In this document: positions 1 to 8,382 of the stretch, one piece after another
How positions within the stretch are numbered: the first letter of the stretch is position 1
Layout of the letters: each line of letters opens with the position of its first letter
IMG/VR virus record: IMGVR_UViG_3300009095_000011
Span: 32,001 to 96,000 of that record
Source: a virus
Lineage: Duplodnaviria > Caudoviricetes
Direction: 5' to 3' (one strand)
Length of the DNA: 64,000 bases
Translations under genes and position numbers: made by a program
The notes under the pieces: model-generated
The model's database searches: none
What the model saw: only the letters and a program-made list of their open reading frames with translations
What the model was told of the DNA's origin: nothing

Positions 1-1
1 G

Positions 2-544
2 GTATCCATCATTATTTCTTGCTTCAATATAATTCACATAGTTTTTGTAAAACTTTTGTCCTGTTTTCTCATTTACTTTACTCACTTCCTTATTGGTCTT
101 GAATGTATGTAAATGTTCTTTTTTTACAAAAACATAAATCAATTCAGTAATCCTACTTAATTTGGTTGGAGAAGTCTGAAATGGTATTGCGTTTGGTTTC
201 TTCCAACAAATAATATCAGCAATAGTTAAATCAGTTTCATTGTGAATTTTAGCAACCAATAATGTTGGTAGAATAGGATTTTCTTTTGCATAAGATATGT
301 TGTAGCAAATTACACCAGTATCATTTATTACTCTTGAAAATTCTTTAAATTCATTTGTTCTAACTTCAAGATAATCATTCTCACTCAAACCATCTAATTC
401 AGAATATCCATTATTGTAATAACAATCACTTCTTTCTGTATTAATGTTATATGGTGGTGATGTAATTATCCCATCAATAGATTTATCATAAAGTCTTTTC
501 AAGGTAATCTTACAATCTTCGTTATAAATTATATTTCGTTTCAT
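2..544 (-). CDS. DNA methyltransferase (N4-C/N6-A, beta-class-like), 3' end runs off the window; likely cassette cargo
   Basis: Not in the ORF track. Manual translation from ATG at 544 gives MKRNIIYNEDCKITLKRLYDKSIDGIITSPPYN...IICWKKPN, with an SPPY catalytic motif; the frame stays open to the window edge. Confidence 0.85.
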   Translation of the reverse strand, partial: MKRNIIYNEDCKITLKRLYDKSIDGIITSPPYNINTERSDCYYNNGYSELDGLSENDYLEVRTNEFKEFSRVINDTGVICYNISYAKENPILPTLLVAKIHNETDLTIADIICWKKPNAIPFQTSPTKLSRITELIYVFVKKEHLHTFKTNKEVSKVNEKTGQKFYKNYVNYIEARNNDGY

Positions 545-638
545 TATTCAATTTTTGTTTTTTACCACCGCACAAAAAAGAAAAGAAAAGAAAAAGGTTA
601 GTCTTTCGATTCAAGTTCTGTGCTATAATACCGCACCA

Positions 639-771
639 GCTTATAACAGCGTGTATAAAAAATGGCGGGTTCTCGGTTAATTTAAAGTTTTATAATTCTA
701 ATTAAGTTCTGCGTTTTCTGAAAGTTTTGGAGTTCTAATCCGCCACTTCTTATACACGCAAAACGTTAGTT
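639..771 (+). repeat. attC-like hairpin site A (array 1)
   Basis: Left arm gcttatAAC-a-gcgtgtataaaaaatggcgg and right arm ccgccacttcttatacacgc-aaaac-GTTagtt form an imperfect inverted repeat bounded by AAC and GTT. Confidence 0.8.
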
Positions 772-1044
772 TCCATTTGGATAAGCAGCATTACCATCTT
801 TTAAAGACCAGTGCCATCCATCATTCATCGTGTGTTTACGTGGTTTTCTATAAGCCTTTTGTCCGTTACTTAAATATGCCAATGTCTTAGACACATCTAC
901 AACTTTCACAGCTTCCATCCTGTAATTATGATTTAGTACACCATGATATTTACGAACAAAAACCACGTCACCAATTTCTAAAAAACGGCAACTAACACCC
1001 GCTATAGTGCATGGCTGTTCGTTTTTTTCTGATATTGTATCCAT
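766..1044 (-). CDS. Cassette-encoded hypothetical protein; starts inside the loop of attC-like site B
   Basis: ORF track, 92 aa. Reads through the left arm as QPCTIAGVSCRF; the TAA stop overlaps the GTT core at 765-768. Confidence 0.7.
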   Translation of the reverse strand: MDTISEKNEQPCTIAGVSCRFLEIGDVVFVRKYHGVLNHNYRMEAVKVVDVSKTLAYLSNGQKAYRKPRKHTMNDGWHWSLKDGNAAYPNGN

Positions 1045-1111
1045 AATTTAAAGTTTATTTACTGTTTGGGTGCGTTGTTGAAAGCCACGCACCATAGCTT
1101 TTACGTTGTAG
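987..1111 (+). repeat. attC-like hairpin site B (array 1)
   Basis: ggcaactAAC-accc-gctatagtgcatggct ... agccacgcaccatagc-ttttac-GTTgtag. ggcaactaac is complementary (9/10) to the cassette start gttagtttcc at 765. Confidence 0.8.
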
Positions 1112-1120
1112 GTAATAAAC

Positions 1121-1330
1121 CTACTCATATACTCGTAACACAAAAGTTACAGATTTCTTACACCTGTCCTCAGCCATCCATTCTCCATCCTCAGTTAAAT
1201 AGCTTTCATCTGTATTCTCAAAATAATTAGTATACAGTAACTTTGGGATTAAATCATCTCCGTCAGCCAGATTGTACACCTTACCTTTTGTGTAACTTTC
1301 TTTTATCTCTTTAATTAATTTCTTTGCCAT
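1121..1330 (-). CDS. Cassette-encoded hypothetical protein
   Basis: ORF track, 69 aa; lies between gttgtaggta (1105) and tacctacaac (1368-1377). Confidence 0.7.
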   Translation of the reverse strand: MAKKLIKEIKESYTKGKVYNLADGDDLIPKLLYTNYFENTDESYLTEDGEWMAEDRCKKSVTFVLRVYE

Positions 1331-1367
1331 GTTATCAAGTTTTCGTTTTCAAATCCGTAGGCTTACA

Positions 1368-1426
1368 TACCTACAACACACGCTAAAACGCCATACAAGT
1401 ACAGGCGTTTAGCTACATCGTTAGTA
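1368..1426 (+). repeat. Short attC-like hairpin site C (array 1)
   Basis: tacctacAAC-acac-gctaaaacgcc ... ggcgtttagc-tacatc-GTTagta, about 59 bp, with one extra A in the left arm. Confidence 0.75.
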
Positions 1427-1430
1427 GTCA

Positions 1431-1682
1431 TTACTCATCATCTTCAGGATAAATAGACACGCCTTTTCTTTCACAGGGAGTTTTGCCACAATATTTACAA
1501 TAGCCTTCAGGCAACGAACCGCTAACATCGGCTAAATCCAATGCTTTGTTTCGTTTCAATTCATCAATTCCCCTTCTTACATATTTCTCTACATCAATAC
1601 CTTCGCTTTCAAGATAGGCTGTAGCTCCTTCGGAAGTATCAATATCAAATCCATTTACTATAGTCATAATTTTCGTTTTCAA
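1431..1682 (-). CDS. Cassette-encoded hypothetical protein with C-terminal CxxC; starts inside the loop of attC-like site D
   Basis: ORF track, 83 aa; reads through the left arm as ALDLADVSGSLP. Confidence 0.7.
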   Translation of the reverse strand: MKTKIMTIVNGFDIDTSEGATAYLESEGIDVEKYVRRGIDELKRNKALDLADVSGSLPEGYCKYCGKTPCERKGVSIYPEDDE

Positions 1683-1714
1683 ATTCGCACTGGTTTAGTC
1701 GCGGCACGTTATAT
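1517..1714 (+). repeat. attC-like hairpin site D with a long coding loop (array 1)
   Basis: aaccgctAAC-at-cggctaaatccaatgc ... (about 140-nt loop) ... gcactggtttagtcg-cggcac-GTTatat. Confidence 0.7.
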
Positions 1715-1724
1715 TTGCGAACCG

Positions 1725-2177
1725 TTATTTCCCTCTCGCATCCCAACATAACTGATCTACCATCTCATTCCATTGATTTCCTGCATGACCACGAACCCAC
1801 TTGAAGGTAACGTTTGGCAAGGACAATTTGAGAGAATTGAGATACTGCCACAATTGTTGGTTTGCTATTGGTTTTCCTGATGTACTGTACCATTTCTGAT
1901 CAATCCATTGTTTGAGCCATAAATTAAGCCCTGTGATACAATATTTACTATCACTTAATACAATCACCTTATCAGTGATGTTATTGTCTCTGAGCCACTG
2001 TAAACCCTTTGTAATAGCTGTTAATTCCATGATGTTTGATGTGACGTTGTGTGCATCTCCATGATCGAAATGAATAAGGTCATCATCTTTAATTACAACG
2101 AAGGCCCATGCACCATATTTATGATGCTTTGATTTTGGGTTATTGGAGCAGCCACCGTCTGTGTAGATGTAGATCAT
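1725..2177 (-). CDS. rnhA: Ribonuclease HI
   Basis: Motifs IYTDGGCS, TSNIMELTA, SDSKY, WVRGHAG and NEMVDQL. The likely start is ATG at 2177 rather than 2243. Confidence 0.92.
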   Translation of the reverse strand: MIYIYTDGGCSNNPKSKHHKYGAWAFVVIKDDDLIHFDHGDAHNVTSNIMELTAITKGLQWLRDNNITDKVIVLSDSKYCITGLNLWLKQWIDQKWYSTSGKPIANQQLWQYLNSLKLSLPNVTFKWVRGHAGNQWNEMVDQLCWDARGK

Positions 2178-2691
2178 CTTCCACAAATTAACATTAATAC
2201 TCTTATTAATATAAACCCAATAACTTTCTTTAAAGAAATCCAAAAGAACAAAATTGACAAATGGATTGATTCTTTAAATATGTGAAACCAGAAGATTATT
2301 TTTTGCTTTTGAACCATTCGTATAATCCGACTAATGCAAAGATAATTATTGCTCCTGCGAATGATAAGATTACTTGTGTCATTACTGTAAATTTAAGTTA
2401 AAAATTTTATTATTAATATTGACTTTTATATACCAAGTGTAAACTATATTATCACTATAGGTCATAAAGTCAATGAATAATCTGATTCTCTTTTCTTTAT
2501 TTGATATTGATTTGATGATTTTCATCATTTTTTCAAATAAGTTTTATCAATAATTCGTTTATTTATTGCTTTAAGGTTATCAACATACAAAGGAAAGGTA
2601 TTGAGAATAGCTATCTGCTCTCGCTTAAGTTGCAATTGTCGTTGCATTGCTAATTCAATTCGGTTTATGAGTTGAATGGTTGATTGTGAGG

Positions 2692-2895
2692 TCATGATTT
2701 TACAAATACTTTTTTAATGTGCAACCTTGTACTATCTTTCCCTGGCTTATCGAAGTAATCTCTGATATATTCAACAGCCTCTTCGTAGGTGTCTTTGACT
2801 TCCCATTGTTTGAATACTTCGATCATCATCTGCTCTATTCCAGAATCAAAAATACATTCAGTGGATAATTCTCCGATTATGAATTGCTCTTTCAT
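2692..2895 (-). CDS. Hypothetical protein
   Basis: ORF track, 67 aa, directly downstream of a copy of the phage promoter motif. Confidence 0.6.
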   Translation of the reverse strand: MKEQFIIGELSTECIFDSGIEQMMIEVFKQWEVKDTYEEAVEYIRDYFDKPGKDSTRLHIKKVFVKS

Positions 2896-2904
2896 CTCTA
2901 TAAC

Positions 2905-2960
2905 TTTTAGTTAAACATTTATTACTCTGTAAATATAATCATTGTATTTATAAGTTGCAA
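2905..2960 (-). promoter_or_regulatory. Phage promoter motif (Bacteroidota sigma-like)
   Basis: Minus strand reads TTGCA-N-TATATTTAC followed by ATGTTTAACTAAAA. Similar copies lie near 5700-5745, 16990-17015, 47140-47190, 49860-49910 and 59545-59600. Confidence 0.65.
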
Positions 2961-3118
2961 CTATTATTATATATATTTTATATAATATTTAATATAATAT
3001 ACTTCTTTTCCCTTTGTATTTAATATATTATATATAAATAATATCCTTTTTTAAGTTATATATAAACTTGACCTGTATGGTTTGCAAGGCAAAGCAAAAC
3101 ATACAAATAAAGGTCTGA

Positions 3119-3931
3119 TCACACTTTGTGGGATTTGCCATTTATGTGGTTAAGTTTATTGTCGTTGAAAAAAGACAAAGGAGAGGTTAGTAGTGTATTG
3201 CATAAACGCATGTGAATATTTACCATACCTTTCTTTTTTTTATCAAATATATAGAAAGTTTTGGGATTAAGTCTGCTAACATTATCATTAAGGTAGGTAG
3301 TGATATGCATTTTATCTACCATGATGCTATTATTTTGCACAGACATTAAACCTTGCTTTCTTAGTTTTGATTGAATTTTACAAGCTGCCATTCTCGTTTT
3401 CAATCCTAATCGATTAGCCATAGCACGTTGAGAAATTTGATAACCGCCCTCTGAATAAGCCCTGCAAGGTTTGTTATCTCGTTTATCAATGTAAAAAAGC
3501 CTCTGTTCTAATCGATATTGATCAAAATGATATATGACTTCAAGTAATTTGTTTTTGCTATTAATTAAGTCATGAGGTATTTTTATTATTTCATTTGCAT
3601 TTTTATATCCCCTTCCACTTCTCTTAGGTTCGAATCCTAATTTTTGCCATAGTTTATCATAGGAAAGCAATTGATAGCCAACGTGTTTATTGTTTTTATC
3701 ATACACAATAATGGCTATTTCATTATCTACCATTGATTTAAATCGTTCTCTAATGGTAGCCTTATTGATATTAAGATGGCAGGAGATTTGTTTTAGGTAG
3801 TTTTTTTTATAGAAGTATCCAGAATCACAGAAAGATTTTAATTGCATGAAAAAAAGATAGTCATGCTTTAAGCCTGCTTTGGAAGCTTTCTCAATAGTTC
3901 CTTCGAGATATTTAATGGGATTGGATCTCAA
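3119..3931 (-). CDS. Putative DNA-binding / replication-initiator-like protein (HTH)
   Basis: Basic 270-aa protein with HTH-like segments (ISQRAMANRLGLKTRMAACKIQSKLRKQG), next to a very AT-rich tract at 2940-3070. Confidence 0.45.
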   Translation of the reverse strand: MRSNPIKYLEGTIEKASKAGLKHDYLFFMQLKSFCDSGYFYKKNYLKQISCHLNINKATIRERFKSMVDNEIAIIVYDKNNKHVGYQLLSYDKLWQKLGFEPKRSGRGYKNANEIIKIPHDLINSKNKLLEVIYHFDQYRLEQRLFYIDKRDNKPCRAYSEGGYQISQRAMANRLGLKTRMAACKIQSKLRKQGLMSVQNNSIMVDKMHITTYLNDNVSRLNPKTFYIFDKKKKGMVNIHMRLCNTLLTSPLSFFNDNKLNHINGKSHKV

Positions 3932-4107
3932 CTATATATAAAAGAAAAAGACCAGACTATTGCAGGATTATCTGGCCTTTTTGATTATTGGATTAAAAAA
4001 CTTAATTCAATTAATCATCCATAATCCTGCGAACTAAAAAATTAATTGAATTTTGTGTGAAATTAATATAATTGAAATTAAGATGCAAGTTTTTAGGTAA
4101 TTATTTT

Positions 4108-4458
4108 TTAATTTTCTATTTTTTGACATTCAGTAATATCAAAGGTTTTATAAAATCCTCTTCCAGACAATACTAGCGTCAATTGTGTGGAATAATAACC
4201 ATTATTATATCCATATCCTGGAATTTTAATAGAATGTCCATTAATTGGAATTAACTCTATTCCATAATCTTCTATTTTTTTAAAGAAAAAATCATTTGTT
4301 AAATTAAATTCTAATCCTTCAAAATCACTTAATTCTAAATCATCGAGTAATAAATAATGATTTTCGCAACAATCTGATATATGTTCTGAATATAACTTTA
4401 TTTCATTTTCAAATTCAATATATTCAGAATTTACTTTTATTACTTTTAATTTTTCCAT
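4108..4458 (-). CDS. Hypothetical phage protein (DCCE...NNGYYS type)
   Basis: ORF track, 116 aa. Confidence 0.65.
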   Translation of the reverse strand: MEKLKVIKVNSEYIEFENEIKLYSEHISDCCENHYLLLDDLELSDFEGLEFNLTNDFFFKKIEDYGIELIPINGHSIKIPGYGYNNGYYSTQLTLVLSGRGFYKTFDITECQKIEN

Positions 4459-4555
4459 TTTACTTATTTTAAACGTTTATAATCAATTTAATTACTTTCT
4501 GGATAGATGACACTACTCACAATGAGAAAGTGTCTCAGATCAAGGGAAAATAGCC

Positions 4556-4663
4556 TTAAAACAAAATCTTGACAAGAAAGATTAAGGCAGCAATGATCAT
4601 ACACCAAATAAAGGTTGAAATGCTGACTTGCACTTGATCTTTTCGTTTACCTTGGTAGTTCAT
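4556..4663 (-). CDS. Small putative membrane peptide (35 aa)
   Basis: Manual translation MNYQGKRKDQVQVSISTFIWCMIIAALIFLVKILF; abuts the stop of the upstream gene. Confidence 0.5.
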   Translation of the reverse strand: MNYQGKRKDQVQVSISTFIWCMIIAALIFLVKILF

Positions 4664-4665
4664 TA

Positions 4666-5052
4666 TTATAATGGTTTACTATTATACCATTTGATAAACT
4701 CAACAATTGATTTGTGCGCTCCTTCAATATGTATTTCAGTAACAGCACAATGTATATCTACTTCTAATGAATCACCATAGCAGCAATGGTTTTTACTTGG
4801 TCTTTCAATTCGATCCAGATAGTCTTTTATTTTTCTATAAACAGGCATGAGCCAATCCCATGAGGAATGAAATTTTAAATGATTTACATGCAACCCCTCT
4901 GTTTCTTCAAAATCTTGATATTGATGAATGCGAACTTTAGAATTTTGTTCAACAATACCATTTTTTCTTAATCCATATAAAATTCCCATAAATTCGGCAA
5001 TTAATTTATTGCCCTCAAGTATATCGTTTTGCTCTAATGTTTTCATTTTCAC
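4666..5052 (-). CDS. Hypothetical phage protein
   Basis: ORF track; NKLIAEFMG...FHSSWDWLMPV pattern typical of small phage ORFs. Confidence 0.7.
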   Translation of the reverse strand: MKMKTLEQNDILEGNKLIAEFMGILYGLRKNGIVEQNSKVRIHQYQDFEETEGLHVNHLKFHSSWDWLMPVYRKIKDYLDRIERPSKNHCCYGDSLEVDIHCAVTEIHIEGAHKSIVEFIKWYNSKPL

Positions 5053-5231
5053 TTAGTTTTAGTTACATAATATTCTGTTACTGGCACCACCTTACCTCCT
5101 ATGTATTCAAGTTTATTAATCTCATGCTTATTTGATACAGTAGCATTTAAGTTATGAGTACAAGAGGTGAGGGATAGGTAGGTAAGAATTATCACAAGGA
5201 TGACAATTGCTATTTTTCTATGAGTTGACAT
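5049..5231 (-). CDS. Putative small lipoprotein
   Basis: Basic N-terminus, hydrophobic stretch and an LTSC lipobox-like motif. Confidence 0.5.
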   Translation of the reverse strand: MSTHRKIAIVILVIILTYLSLTSCTHNLNATVSNKHEINKLEYIGGKVVPVTEYYVTKTK

Positions 5232-5440
5232 TAGACTGTTCTTTTAAGTATTCCTAGTTTAGTACATTTATTGTAGTCAGCAACTATTCTTAATTGAATA
5301 TTTGGCTCAATTTCAATTGTTTTGATTGTTAGGCTATCAAGGATAGTTGCTTTGCTACAAATAGCTTCCATTTTATCAGCGATTTGTCTTAATTCATCTG
5401 GCGTTGTGAAGTACCAGATAGTTTTAGTTGAGTCAATCAT
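5231..5440 (-). CDS. Hypothetical protein
   Basis: ORF track; stop/start overlap with the neighbouring gene. Confidence 0.55.
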   Translation of the reverse strand: MIDSTKTIWYFTTPDELRQIADKMEAICSKATILDSLTIKTIEIEPNIQLRIVADYNKCTKLGILKRTV

Positions 5441-5454
5441 TGTTGTATGGGTTG

Positions 5455-5709
5455 TTAATATTTAATAAGATTATAGTTTTTATCAAGCTCTATGGATTTT
5501 GTCCATTCCTTGAAGGCTTTTAATTCAGGTTTTCTATTTAAAAATTCTTCTGGATCTTCTCCAAATTTTCTACCTAAAATATGAGAAGCTAGTGCCATTT
5601 TAATATCTGATATTACATTCATCATATTGGTTTTATTGCCATTTGCTTGTTCTAATCTTTTTTTAAATCTTTCTATTCTTGTCATTTCTTTATTCTTTAG
5701 GTTAAACAT
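5455..5709 (-). CDS. Hypothetical protein
   Basis: ORF track; downstream of the promoter motif at about 5715-5745. Confidence 0.55.
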   Translation of the reverse strand: MFNLKNKEMTRIERFKKRLEQANGNKTNMMNVISDIKMALASHILGRKFGEDPEEFLNRKPELKAFKEWTKSIELDKNYNLIKY

Positions 5710-5761
5710 CTATGTAAATATAAGATTTATATTTAATATATGCAAATGTTTATATAAAAAA

Positions 5762-5791
5762 TAAGGTGTGATAAATTAATACCACACCTTA
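5762..5791 (-). terminator. Putative intrinsic terminator
   Basis: taaggtgtg...cacacctta hairpin followed by a T-run on the minus strand. Confidence 0.55.
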
Positions 5792-5817
5792 CGCAAATAT
5801 AGATGATTAACAGAGAA

Positions 5818-6615
5818 TTAATTAAGATGTCGAAAGTGAACGAAGTCAGCTTTAGATTTGTAATTGAAGATTTCTTCAAACAAGGACAGATATTGTTTAA
5901 CGTCAGTGCATTTAATCAGTTTACCATGCTGCATTGAAACTTTATGAAGCATTTTCTCATGGTCATAATCCTCATTCTTCATCAGTCTGCTGATTGCATT
6001 CATGAATGACTTACTTTTATAATGTGGAAAATATTGACCGTAATCATTGATTGCAGAAATAATTTCCTGAGCCTGACCGAGAGATTTAACTTTAAATTCT
6101 CCTTTCTCAAATTGTTTGATCAATTTTGATGATGGTTGAGTTGAGCCGCCATTAAGTACTCCAATGGCGGCATAGATGCTGATATCATTATGTTGTGCAA
6201 AATCTCTGACAATTTTATAATCTTCAAAATTTTTACTGACATAAAAATCAAGATAGTCATTGAGTTTCCAATCGTCGGCAGAGCTATTTATACGAGCTAT
6301 GTCGCCTTCATCGAATCTTTCGCTGATCTTATAATAGATAGCTACTCCAAGCTTCTTAGCGGCCTCAAAACGATGCTGTCCATCTAAGATCCATAATTCG
6401 CGATTCACTGTCATTGGGTAATCGTGAAGGAGGTTTTTTTGCTTAATGCTCTCTACTAATTCATCAACATGTTTCCAGTTGATTCTGCGATTTGTTCTAT
6501 AATAATTGAACAAAGCATAGTTCTTAGTAGATTTAATTTGTAATTCATCCTTTTTAGGAGTGTAATTAAGATTAGAATTTTCTTTTCTTGTTTGTTGTTT
6601 TTCTACAGTTTTCAT
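5818..6615 (-). CDS. ParB/Srx-like N-terminal domain protein
   Basis: NRRINWKHVDELVESI...PMTVN...ILDGQHRFEAAKKLG motif. Confidence 0.8.
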   Translation of the reverse strand: MKTVEKQQTRKENSNLNYTPKKDELQIKSTKNYALFNYYRTNRRINWKHVDELVESIKQKNLLHDYPMTVNRELWILDGQHRFEAAKKLGVAIYYKISERFDEGDIARINSSADDWKLNDYLDFYVSKNFEDYKIVRDFAQHNDISIYAAIGVLNGGSTQPSSKLIKQFEKGEFKVKSLGQAQEIISAINDYGQYFPHYKSKSFMNAISRLMKNEDYDHEKMLHKVSMQHGKLIKCTDVKQYLSLFEEIFNYKSKADFVHFRHLN

Positions 6616-6712
6616 AATACAATTATAATTTGGTTGTTAATTATTGAACTGTAAATATAACATTAATATTTCATATTTGTTATATCAAACAAGAAAAAAA
6701 ATAAAAATATTT

Positions 6713-6955
6713 TTATAAATGCGTAGAAATGAGAAAATTAAAGCATTCTTCAAGAATAAAATTATGCGCATAGCTATCATCAAATGGATAACTAAGTACT
6801 GCTTTGAAGCATGTTACATAGCCTAAATAAAAATTATAAACATCCTTCCATTCACTTTCCTGAATAACTATTTCGGGATTATGGTGTAAAACAAGAAAAG
6901 AGAGCTTTGATTTTAGCTCTCCTTTAGATAAGATTTTGATTTGGGGGGATTTCAT
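6713..6955 (-). CDS. Hypothetical protein
   Basis: ORF track; ATGA-type overlap with the upstream gene. Confidence 0.55.
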   Translation of the reverse strand: MKSPQIKILSKGELKSKLSFLVLHHNPEIVIQESEWKDVYNFYLGYVTCFKAVLSYPFDDSYAHNFILEECFNFLISTHL

Positions 6956-7269
6956 TTTTTAAATTGTTCTCTGATTTTTTTATCCATTTCTTTACTTTTC
7001 TCCTGAACTCCGTTTTTAATACTATCCTGCTTTGATCGTTTACTGAAAGCTTGTTGACGTTCATCTTTACTTTTTAATCCTCCTTTATCATAAGTACCTC
7101 TTCCGAAAGTTAGCAAAGAAGGGATTGAAAGTTGGCGTTTCATCTTTCTTCCACAATAGCAAGTACATTGAGCAATAGTAGCTTCACTTGGTTGATCACA
7201 TTCGCTCATAGAGTGAGTGATTTCTTTATATTCATCGCAGTTGATACAGTAATAATTGTATGTGGGCAT
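6952..7269 (-). CDS. FmdB-like zinc-ribbon protein
   Basis: MPTYNYYCINC...CYCGRKMKRQLS pattern. Confidence 0.75.
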   Translation of the reverse strand: MPTYNYYCINCDEYKEITHSMSECDQPSEATIAQCTCYCGRKMKRQLSIPSLLTFGRGTYDKGGLKSKDERQQAFSKRSKQDSIKNGVQEKSKEMDKKIREQFKK

Positions 7270-7362
7270 ATTTATTTGTTTTTAAAAAGCATAATTTTAT
7301 ATATAAGTTTAAACGCGACAAATAAAGCTAAAACGAATGAAATTAAATTAATAATCATAAGT

Positions 7363-7899
7363 TTAATATTTCATTTTACAATAAAAAGCCATTAGTGCAG
7401 CATCAACAAGGCCATCATGAGGCACTTTGCTTCGTTCAGTAGCAAGGAAAGTTTCATTAGGGAACAATCTCTTGGCTGCAATAAGAGATGTTGCCTTAGT
7501 GTCTATTTTATATTTAGGTTCGCCGGATTTGAGTTTCTTTCCAGTATTGATCTTAATAGGAGATACGCCTCTCCAAGCTTCTTTTTGCCATTCTTTAGGA
7601 GCTACTTTAATAAAGGGGATTCGATTGGCAGTAAGTAATCCCCTCAAAATGCCATTAATAAGACCAAATTTGAAATTGGCAGCGGCACCACTTTTAGGAA
7701 CTGCATGAACATCTTCCAGAACACACATACAATCATATACTTCACCATCGTCGCCATATCTTAATTCAAACAATATTTTATCTAGCAGATCATCATCTAT
7801 CTCATTCTTAATTGTAGGAATTACATGAAGTGTTAATTCATTATCTTCAATAATTACTATACCGCCCTTAGCTCCAGGGTCAATTCCAATATATTTCAT
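7363..7899 (-). CDS. RuvC-like Holliday junction resolvase
   Basis: IGIDPG, VLED and DGLVDAALMA acidic motifs. Confidence 0.85.
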   Translation of the reverse strand: MKYIGIDPGAKGGIVIIEDNELTLHVIPTIKNEIDDDLLDKILFELRYGDDGEVYDCMCVLEDVHAVPKSGAAANFKFGLINGILRGLLTANRIPFIKVAPKEWQKEAWRGVSPIKINTGKKLKSGEPKYKIDTKATSLIAAKRLFPNETFLATERSKVPHDGLVDAALMAFYCKMKY

Positions 7900-7909
7900 A
7901 TTTAGTCTA

Positions 7910-8368
7910 TTATATATATTTTTTCTTTAAAATTAAATCCCAATAACATATTTTTTCCTCTTGTCCATTACGATAACTATGCCAAACACAAGGAAAATGC
8001 TTTCTTGCTTGCTTGATTCTTTGCTTAGTAGTTTTTGATTTATCTGTATTTCTTGTATAATGCAACCAGCATTCCCAATAATGATCTAAATGAGGTGCAA
8101 CGAATGTAATTGCTATCTGCCATTTAAAAAATACAAATGACCAAATGGGGCTCCATTCAAATCTATAATCAGCATCATTCCATTTGGTTTTCCATCCTAA
8201 ATCAACGAAGTCAAATCCTATTTTCTTATCAACAAATTTACGTACTCCTGCCTTATTCTTAACAATTTTGCGAGGATAGTAATATGGAGTACCTATAGCT
8301 ATTCTGCCTATATAAAAATCCAATTTCAATGGCTTAAATGGAGAGAAGTATGTTTTTAAGAAATGCAT
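7910..8368 (-). CDS. Hypothetical Trp-rich protein
   Basis: ORF track, 152 aa. Confidence 0.65.
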   Translation of the reverse strand: MHFLKTYFSPFKPLKLDFYIGRIAIGTPYYYPRKIVKNKAGVRKFVDKKIGFDFVDLGWKTKWNDADYRFEWSPIWSFVFFKWQIAITFVAPHLDHYWECWLHYTRNTDKSKTTKQRIKQARKHFPCVWHSYRNGQEEKICYWDLILKKKYI

Positions 8369-8382
8369 AATAGGTAAATTTA

